Origin: a virus
Virus record (IMG/VR): IMGVR_UViG_3300033490_000009
Location: 1 to 11,913 of that record
Length of the DNA stretch: 11,913 bases
Strand: one strand, 5' to 3'
Shown here: positions 5,714-11,653 of the stretch, one piece after another
Position numbering within the stretch: the stretch's first letter is position 1
Layout: every line of letters begins with the position of its first letter
The notes under the pieces: generated by a model
Seen by the model: only the letters and a program-made list of their open reading frames with translations
What the model was told of the DNA's origin: nothing
Databases searched by the model: none
Program-made: the position numbers and the translations under genes

Positions 5714-5750
5714 GGGCTTCTTTACGGGTCTACCTTAACCTACCTTCCTA

Positions 5751-6929
5751 TCACACAATCTTAACCGCCGAAGGCTCGTCGTAAGGCACGCCAATGAAGT
5801 CAGCACGCATTGTAGTAACGAGAATGTCGGTCTGCTTGACAATATCCCGCTGTGTTTCAACCCTCAAGCCACGCCTGACACCAAGCAGGAAGGCTCGGCG
5901 GTTGAAGACCAAGGCGTGCACGGAAGCGGGCACAAAGGCGCTGACGACGACAGGCTTACCGTAAACCTTAGCCAATTCGCCCGTCACGATAGTCGCCTGT
6001 GCCCCATACTTGTCAACCGTGCTAACTTCTTCCCAACCGACCATTTCGGCAAATTTGGCGGGGTTGACGACAACGACGACTTCGTTAGGGTTGACGCCCA
6101 ACTTGCCCATTTGAGCGCACGCTTGCTGAATGTGTTGCGCTGCGAAAGTGCCAATATCAAGCGAGTGAGCGCCCTTCAAAATCCCATTCCAAACCTTAAG
6201 CAGCGGGTCAGTGCTGGAAGTGTCGCCATTGAGGATAGCATTCTCGAGCGCCTCAGCAAAGGCTTGTGCCAACGCTGCTTGGAATTCGGGCATAATCGCC
6301 ACAATGCTATCCTCGGTAACTTCGTCGGCGACTTCAACGCCCGCAGCCAATTTCTTAGCGTCGAGCGTCAAGCCCTGTGCGGAAGCGTTGCTGAGAGTGA
6401 TAGAAGTTGCGGGCGCAACATAAACGACGCTAATCCCGCTGATAGACAGAGGGATTTTGTAGGTCTGGCTCGGCATGTCGACTTGAGGCAGCAATTGGGC
6501 AAGGCTCGGCTGCAAGCGAATGAGTTGCAGCACTCGGTTGGAGAATGTGGTCGGAATGTAGTTGACTAATTCGCTGCCAGTGACCGCCTTTGTGACTTCG
6601 ACGAAGCGGCGCTCAAGCCAGCCCTCAGTGGGCAAGTGGCGCAACCGCCTAATCGAGGCAAAGACAGTGTAGGCGTCGGCAAGGTCTTGCCACTTAGCAA
6701 TTTGCTCGTCGGTCGCCCGCATGAGCAGGAAGTTTTCAAACTTTTCCTGTGCGGTGTTACCCTCAACCTCAATGCGGGCTCGGGCGCTAACGCCCTTAGA
6801 CAAAATTTCTTCGACATTGGCGACCCGCTCTTCGAGCGCCTTGACTAAGCGCTCGGTCGCCGCAACTTTGTCAGCAATGTTTGAAACGACATTAAGCGTC
6901 TTTTCGACTTCTTGCAGCACTTCCTTCAT
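5751..6929 (-). CDS. Major capsid protein, HK97 fold, with N-terminal coiled-coil (delta/scaffold-like) domain
   Basis: ORF track. GGAGGTG lies 8 nt upstream. The N-terminal ~100 aa are helical (MKEVLQEVEKTLNVVSNIADKVAATERLVKALEERVANVEEIL...). The body resembles HK97-family capsid proteins (...IPTTFSNRVLQLIRLQPSLAQLLP...VDKYGAQATIVTGELAKVYGKPVVVSAFVP...). It directly follows the prohead protease gene. Confidence 0.9.
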   Translation of the reverse strand: MKEVLQEVEKTLNVVSNIADKVAATERLVKALEERVANVEEILSKGVSARARIEVEGNTAQEKFENFLLMRATDEQIAKWQDLADAYTVFASIRRLRHLPTEGWLERRFVEVTKAVTGSELVNYIPTTFSNRVLQLIRLQPSLAQLLPQVDMPSQTYKIPLSISGISVVYVAPATSITLSNASAQGLTLDAKKLAAGVEVADEVTEDSIVAIMPEFQAALAQAFAEALENAILNGDTSSTDPLLKVWNGILKGAHSLDIGTFAAQHIQQACAQMGKLGVNPNEVVVVVNPAKFAEMVGWEEVSTVDKYGAQATIVTGELAKVYGKPVVVSAFVPASVHALVFNRRAFLLGVRRGLRVETQRDIVKQTDILVTTMRADFIGVPYDEPSAVKIV

Positions 6930-6948
6930 GCGGTTAACACCTCCTTAA

Positions 6949-7914
6949 TCACTTGCACAACGCTTTTTCTAATTCTCGGCGCAATTGCTCAAGCGACCTA
7001 CGGATGTAGGCGAGCGGGTTTTCCCACCCGCAAGCCTCAAGCAACTCCAATTCCTCAGGCGTGTAAGAGCGAAACTCGGGCGGCTCTTTATCCGCCTTGC
7101 GGTAATACTTCACAATCGCCCGATAAACTTTCTCTCTGTCTTCCTCGGGGATATCGACGCCGCCTCGAGCACCTAACAGCGCCGCCATGGCAGCGACAAC
7201 GCCCCGCCAAATTGCGTAGGGTTTCCCGTCGATTACATCAACATGCGGGAGTTTGTAAGCGCCAAAGGTGTCGAGCCTCTCGTCGTCAGCCCAGAAAAAC
7301 CGCTTAGCATAGCGGCGCTGCTTTTCCTTGTCTTGCAAATCCTCGTTAGTTTCTACGCCCACATACTTGCGCCACCTTTTCTCGCTTTCGTCAGCATTCC
7401 ACTCTCGGTCGAAATCCTCGTAAAGCGGAAACTCAGCGTCATTGTCGGGCACAATGCCTTTCTTCACTAACTCCATGTCGCTATCACCCTCCTTTTGTAT
7501 CAAGGCTTGCGGATTTGCTGGGAGTGTCACAATCGAAGTTTCAATCCACTCCCATTCCGCATAGGTGTTGCCTTCAATTCGCCTCGGAATGAAACCAATG
7601 CTAAGACCTCGCACAATACCTTCGTCGACAAGTTGCTTGATTTCCTGCGCAAACTGTGTGGAAGCGAAAACGAATTGCACCTTAATTGCGTCGTCGGAGA
7701 TTTCGACATTGACGACTTTACCTATGGGGCGGTTAGGGTCGTGCTGCCAAAGGAGCACGGGGTTAGCGAGGTAGTCTTGCAGGTTAATGCAGCCTTTGGG
7801 GTTTACGATTTCGTTGAGCCTATCCTTCACTGCGGTCGTCGCCACGCCCGAGTAGATTTCCCCGCCGCTATCGGTTTCAATTTGCCTTGTGACCAAATAG
7901 AGCATATCTTTCAT
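6949..7914 (-). CDS. HK97-family prohead serine protease (S78-type) with ~175-aa C-terminal extension
   Basis: The N-terminal ~145 aa carry the family pattern ...NPVLLWQHDPNRPIGKV...GLSIGF...ETSIVTLPANPQA. The C-terminal half (...FGAYKLPHVDVIDGKPYAIWRGVVAAMAALLGARGGVDIPEEDREKVYRAIVKYYRK...LEQLRRELEKALCK) is an extra domain. Confidence 0.9.
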   Translation of the reverse strand: MKDMLYLVTRQIETDSGGEIYSGVATTAVKDRLNEIVNPKGCINLQDYLANPVLLWQHDPNRPIGKVVNVEISDDAIKVQFVFASTQFAQEIKQLVDEGIVRGLSIGFIPRRIEGNTYAEWEWIETSIVTLPANPQALIQKEGDSDMELVKKGIVPDNDAEFPLYEDFDREWNADESEKRWRKYVGVETNEDLQDKEKQRRYAKRFFWADDERLDTFGAYKLPHVDVIDGKPYAIWRGVVAAMAALLGARGGVDIPEEDREKVYRAIVKYYRKADKEPPEFRSYTPEELELLEACGWENPLAYIRRSLEQLRRELEKALCK

Positions 7915-7943
7915 TCCCGCTCACCAAAGACACTTGCGCAAGT

Positions 7944-8023
7944 TGGTGGAGGCGGCGGGAGTTGCACCCGCTTCCGACGCCAGCCACTTTGGGCTTAGGC
8001 GTCGTCAACACTCCGTCGCCCCC
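7944..8023 (-). ncRNA. tRNA-like RNA with tmRNA tRNA-like-domain architecture (acceptor stem with G3:U70, T-arm, encoded CCA; no D-arm or anticodon loop)
   Basis: Minus strand reads GGGGGCG-ACGGAGTGTTGA-CGACGCC-TA-AGCC-CAAAGT-GGCT-GGCGTCG-GAA-GCGGG-TGCAACT-CCCGC-CGCCTCC-A-CCA. This gives a 7-bp acceptor stem, a 5-bp T stem with a 7-nt loop, and a closed 7+4-bp hairpin in place of the anticodon arm. It starts 3 nt after the portal stop codon. Confidence 0.45.
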
Positions 8024-8026
8024 ACC

Positions 8027-9958
8027 TCAATCTACGGGCACTATAGTGCACCTGCAATTAATGACTTCTTCGGGTTGCCCTTCGGGGTCGCAAGGGAAAC
8101 GAAGCCGTGCGCCCGACGGCAGCACGAAGTAGTCGTCTAAGTCAACAATGACGCCTTCCATGTCTCTGTGGCTATCCCTAACTCTTTCGTCGTGGGCGGT
8201 AACCCACATTTTGCGCTTAACGCCTACGGCACGGAGGCTTTCCTCGTAGCCCAAGTTAAGCGCCGCCGTCGTCTCGGTGCGGGCAATCCGCTCAGCACGC
8301 CAAGTTTCGAGGTCGCCCAAAACTTCTTCAACCGCACCGATTAGGTCGCTCCAACCGCCGCCCTCGGCTAAAGCGTCGCCAAGTCTGATTTTGAGCTGCT
8401 CCCATGTCGTCTCGGTAATCCAGCGAATTCGCCGCTTGAATGACATTAGGCGGGCTTTAACTTTGGCGTCATAAATCAACGGGTCGACTTCAACGCCAAA
8501 CGCCTTAGGCGTGTCACGGAGAATGTCTTCTAAGACGGGCAACAAGATTTTTGCCAATTCTTCGGCTTCTTCGTCGAGGTTGAAAAGGAAGTCAACGATA
8601 TCCTTGCGGAAATAGGCATTAAGGTCGGATTTAAGACGGCGGCGCAACGATTGGGCGTAATCCTTGACCGCCTCACGCACAAGGCGCTCGTATCTATCGT
8701 GCAGCCGCAGGAATTTGAGCCACATTTCTTTGTAGGTGCGGGGAATTCGCTTCGTAACAACGACTAACTCGTCGCACTCCTTAGTTTGTTGCTGCGGCTT
8801 TTGTTGAGCGATAGGCACGATATTAAGGTTGCCCCACCAAGCGTCGCCCCACGGAAGCGGGTCTTGGAAGCCTAAAGTTTCACGGGCTTCGTTGATTGTG
8901 ATAATGCCCCTGTCAACGAGATTACCCAACGAATTAGCGACCTCGGCGATATTCTCCTTCAGGGCTTCAACTTGGCTAAGGTCGTAAGCGCACCAAAGTT
9001 GCGGGTTGACTTTGGGGAAAAACTGCGTGTTGAGCGTTTCCTCAATCAGCCTAAGGAGCGGGATTATGGTTTCCCGCCAGAAAATCTTGGTTTGCTCTCG
9101 TGCGTTGGCGTAGTTGGCATACTCGTAAATCCCGACGACGGCGGGCGGCACATTCAAGCAGGCTAAGATTTCTTCACGCAGAATTCGTCGCATTTCAACT
9201 AAGTCGCCCGCCTTGAAGGAAGTGTCAATCGTTTTAGTCTCATAATCCGAGCCCTCGAGCAATAGCCACTTAAACCGTTGACCTCGCCCGTGGCGGCTCT
9301 GAATGCGCTCGATAATGCGCTGTTTCGTCGCTTCGGGCAACGAAGACTTGGTGATTAGGATTGTCAACGGTTGTGCGCCGTGAAACAGGTATTCCGCTAA
9401 CAGGCGGTCGCATTCGTTGATTAGCGTGACTGCGTTTTGAATGGAGTAAAGGAGCGATAAACCTTGCGCCCTCGGGTCAGTCGGGTCGGGCAACTTGAAG
9501 TGCACTATGTCGTCAACCGACACGGTCACAACTTTGTCGGCGGTCATAATTTGGGCTTCCTTGCCGTCAACGGTGAAACTAATGCTGCTTGGGTGAATGT
9601 AGTCAAGCCCGAGAAACCGTCGCCCGACTTTGCGGATAAGCCAGTAGGAGTTTCCGAAGACAATCAAGTCGGTTGCGGTCGTGGCGGTAAAGTCGTTGTT
9701 GCTCATTCCGACGGCGACCGATTTGGCTAAGTGCCCAAAGTTTGGGTCGTCTTCGTTTAACTCAAATTCGCCGTTGTAGACTAAGAGTGGCACGGAAGCG
9801 GCTGAGTTGCTAATGCGGCTTAAGGCAGCCCGCACGATAGGGTTGCGGATAATGTCGGCTAAGGGGCTCGTCGGCATGCTCGTCTCGACGAAGTAAACCT
9901 CTCCCGCAGCGTCTCGGTAAAGCCACTTTTGCACCAACTCACGCAGTTTCTTCAGCAT
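8027..9958 (-). CDS. Portal protein (HK97-type) fused to a C-terminal Mu-F / SPP1 gp7-like head morphogenesis domain
   Basis: The N-terminal ~400 aa are portal-like (...FGNSYWLIRK...LLLEGSDYETKTID...REEILACLNVPPAVVGIYEYANYANAREQTKIFWRETIIPLL...). The C-terminal ~230 aa carry the Mu-F signature ...RAERIARTETTAALNLGYEE...WVTAHDERVRDSHRDMEG...INCRCT. The track start (GTG at 9976) lies inside the GCAAGTGT box. The ATG at 9956-9958 has GGTGA 5 nt upstream and is preferred. Confidence 0.9.
   Translation of the reverse strand: MLKKLRELVQKWLYRDAAGEVYFVETSMPTSPLADIIRNPIVRAALSRISNSAASVPLLVYNGEFELNEDDPNFGHLAKSVAVGMSNNDFTATTATDLIVFGNSYWLIRKVGRRFLGLDYIHPSSISFTVDGKEAQIMTADKVVTVSVDDIVHFKLPDPTDPRAQGLSLLYSIQNAVTLINECDRLLAEYLFHGAQPLTILITKSSLPEATKQRIIERIQSRHGRGQRFKWLLLEGSDYETKTIDTSFKAGDLVEMRRILREEILACLNVPPAVVGIYEYANYANAREQTKIFWRETIIPLLRLIEETLNTQFFPKVNPQLWCAYDLSQVEALKENIAEVANSLGNLVDRGIITINEARETLGFQDPLPWGDAWWGNLNIVPIAQQKPQQQTKECDELVVVTKRIPRTYKEMWLKFLRLHDRYERLVREAVKDYAQSLRRRLKSDLNAYFRKDIVDFLFNLDEEAEELAKILLPVLEDILRDTPKAFGVEVDPLIYDAKVKARLMSFKRRIRWITETTWEQLKIRLGDALAEGGGWSDLIGAVEEVLGDLETWRAERIARTETTAALNLGYEESLRAVGVKRKMWVTAHDERVRDSHRDMEGVIVDLDDYFVLPSGARLRFPCDPEGQPEEVINCRCTIVPVD
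8029..8057 (-). promoter_or_regulatory. Possible promoter TTGCAG-17 nt-TAGATT for the tRNA-like RNA, embedded in the portal 3' end
   Basis: On the minus strand the -35-like TTGCAG is the complement of 8052-8057, the spacer is 17 nt, and TAGATT is the complement of 8029-8034. That is the same -10 hexamer as the two promoters at 5447-5610. G1 of the tRNA-like element lies 5 intervening nt downstream. Confidence 0.3.
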
Positions 9959-10010
9959 GTCAATCACCAACAACACTTGCGCCCCGCTAAGTGAGTTTGG
10001 TGATTGGCGA

Positions 10011-10238
10011 ATGAGCGAGCGAGCGAAATTGTTTGTGCTGATTTATGCAATTACCGCTATTGTGTTGCTTGAAGCGATAGCGCTGTGGAAGGGCATAGAC
10101 GGCGTGGCGCTGTCGGCGACTATAGCGGCTATCGCTTTATTAGCCCCGTCGCCGCTCAAGTTTTTGCAGGTGGGCAACATTAAGGTTGAAAAGTTGGGCA
10201 AGGGTAACGGAGACGACAGCGGCGAGGCGGGGAGGTGA
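10011..10238 (+). CDS. Small two-TM membrane protein (75 aa), function unknown, in the position usually held by the small terminase
   Basis: MSERAKLFVLIYAITAIVLLEAIALWKGIDGVALSATIAAIALLAPSPLKF... has two hydrophobic helices and an acidic/Gly tail. The ATG at 10011 has GGTGA 7 nt upstream. The track start at 9957 has no Shine-Dalgarno and overlaps the portal start. Its stop TGA lies inside the terminase Shine-Dalgarno. Confidence 0.5.
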   Translation: MSERAKLFVLIYAITAIVLLEAIALWKGIDGVALSATIAAIALLAPSPLKFLQVGNIKVEKLGKGNGDDSGEAGR

Positions 10239-10243
10239 GGGGT

Positions 10244-11653
10244 ATGGCTGCTAAGCGGCAGGTTAGGGTTGAAGCCCCCGCAATCGATTTCTCCCGCTAC
10301 CGCAGCATAGCCGATTTCGCCGAAGATTGCTTGTTTGTGTTTGAAAACAACCGCAAGCAGCGGATTAAGTTGACGCCATATCAGCGGCGCTGGCTGCGTG
10401 AAGTTGAAGACCCCCGCTGGAAGGTTGTTGTGATTTGCGTGCCTAAGCGGGTCGGTAAGTCGCTTTTCAGCGCAATCGTGGCGGTCTATTGGGCGCTGGC
10501 ACGAATGGGCGCTACGGTCGTTGTCTTGAGCACTTCCGAGAAACACGCAAGTAGCGTGACCTTCAAGTATGTGCGCCAGTTTTGTCGGGTTAGCGACCAA
10601 GTCGCCGCTGAAGTTGCTACGCTGGCGCAAAACAAGGTCGAGTTTCGCAACGGAAGCGTGATTAGAGCCGTGCCATGCACGGTTGAAGCGGTTGCGGGAA
10701 TTGCGACCGATTTGCTCATAATCGACGAGTTGGCGCTGATTGACGACGAAGAAGTTGTGCAAATCGCTATGAGCCAAACTGAGAAAGAAGACGCTAAAGT
10801 GCTGATAACCTCGACCGCCTCGGAGCACGGGCACTTGCTCCATAGGCTCTATTTGAAGCACATTAACGGGGAAGCCGAGAAAGAGCGGTTGCGGTTTATC
10901 TATCACGGGGCGGAAATCTATGCTGAGCACCCGTTTATCACGCCCGAGTGGCTCGAGGAAAGGCGGCGGCAAATGCCTGAGTTTCTGTTTCGGCAGTATC
11001 ACCTTAATGAGTGGGGCGTTGCGGGCGAAAAGGTCTTCAAGCCCGAGTTGGTCGAAGCGGCGGTTAGAGACTATCCGCTGCCGCTGCCAATCGAGCGGAT
11101 TGAGGAAGTGTTGGGCGAGAAAGTTGTGGGCTTTGTGTTTACCGCTGCGATTGACCGAGCGTTGCCTATGAGTAAGCACGGCGACCGCACGGTCGGCTGC
11201 GTCGTGGCTAATTGTTTGACTGAGGGCGGCAAGGAAAAGTTAGTCGTCGTCGACTTAAAGGTTTTCCCGACGGGCGTCGCCGAAGAAATTAAAGCGTGGC
11301 TAATGCAAGTTGCCAGCCAATATTCGCTAACGAGCGTCGTGCTTGAAACCTATCAGGCTTATGACTTATATGCTTGGTGCAAGCAGCGTGGGTTGCCCGC
11401 AAAGTTAGAGCACGCTACGAGAGAAGCCCAACTCGCTGCGTTTCCCGTGCTGATTATGGCGTTTGAGCAAGGCAAGATTATCATTCCCCGCCACGAATTG
11501 CTGATTGATGAATTGCTTGCGTTGGAGCGCACTAACGGCGGAAAGTTTAAGGCAGGGCAAGGCAAACACGACGATACCGTTTTCGCTCTCCTTTGGGCGG
11601 TCTACGAGGCAATCAAGTTTTCCCCGTCTCGGGCGGATATCACGATTATTTGA
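10244..11653 (+). CDS. terL: Terminase large subunit
   Basis: Walker A-like VPKRVGKS, Walker B-like DLLIIDELA, and a C-terminal RNase-H-like nuclease region with ...GKHDDTVFALLWAVY. The track start (GTG at 10235) sits inside the GGAGGTGA Shine-Dalgarno. The ATG at 10244 is 5 nt after it. Confidence 0.9.
   Translation: MAAKRQVRVEAPAIDFSRYRSIADFAEDCLFVFENNRKQRIKLTPYQRRWLREVEDPRWKVVVICVPKRVGKSLFSAIVAVYWALARMGATVVVLSTSEKHASSVTFKYVRQFCRVSDQVAAEVATLAQNKVEFRNGSVIRAVPCTVEAVAGIATDLLIIDELALIDDEEVVQIAMSQTEKEDAKVLITSTASEHGHLLHRLYLKHINGEAEKERLRFIYHGAEIYAEHPFITPEWLEERRRQMPEFLFRQYHLNEWGVAGEKVFKPELVEAAVRDYPLPLPIERIEEVLGEKVVGFVFTAAIDRALPMSKHGDRTVGCVVANCLTEGGKEKLVVVDLKVFPTGVAEEIKAWLMQVASQYSLTSVVLETYQAYDLYAWCKQRGLPAKLEHATREAQLAAFPVLIMAFEQGKIIIPRHELLIDELLALERTNGGKFKAGQGKHDDTVFALLWAVYEAIKFSPSRADITII

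Larger units (their letters stand above)
5617..5725 (+). ncRNA. Candidate ~100-nt small RNA between the rightward promoter and the bidirectional terminator hairpin
   Basis: The predicted start is about 7 nt after the -10 at 5605-5610. The region contains the AT-rich palindrome hairpin (5634-5653) and the 13-bp GC hairpin (5680-5713), followed on this strand by GGGCTTCTTTAC. There is no ORF. The RNA would be antisense to the capsid mRNA 3' UTR. Confidence 0.25.

Noticed and set aside
5916-6948. + and - strand alternative-frame ORFs inside the capsid gene (5916-6569, 6211-6423, 6566-6817, 6636-6848, 6721-6948)
   Set aside because: All overlap the well-supported HK97-type capsid ORF. They have biased R/S/A-rich composition and no ribosome-binding site.
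7852-7860. Fourth GTAGATTTC box on the + strand inside the protease gene
   Set aside because: No TTGACA-like -35 lies at 16-18 nt upstream. It is inside coding sequence on the antisense strand, so it is probably a chance match, although a regulator-binding site is not excluded.
7944-8023. Calling the element a canonical tRNA gene (for example tRNA-Ala because of G3:U70)
   Set aside because: There is no D stem and no 5-bp stem with a 7-nt anticodon loop. The T loop has G at position 55. It cannot present an anticodon, so I report it only as a tRNA-like / tmRNA-TLD-like RNA.
6912-8140. Alternative ORFs over the protease and portal 3' region (6912-7307, 6985-7176, 7243-7470, 7495-7998, 7527-7709, 7565-7774, 7934-8140)
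   Set aside because: They are antisense or off-frame to the protease or portal, or they run through the tRNA-like element. No Shine-Dalgarno is present and the sequences are not protein-like.
10043-11179. 378-aa minus-strand ORF opposite the terminase gene
   Set aside because: It is fully antisense to a terminase ORF with clear Walker A/B and nuclease motifs. The translation is R/L/P/N-rich with no motif or Shine-Dalgarno. The same applies to 10486-10719, 10920-11171, 11359-11565, 11405-11698 and 11505-11687.
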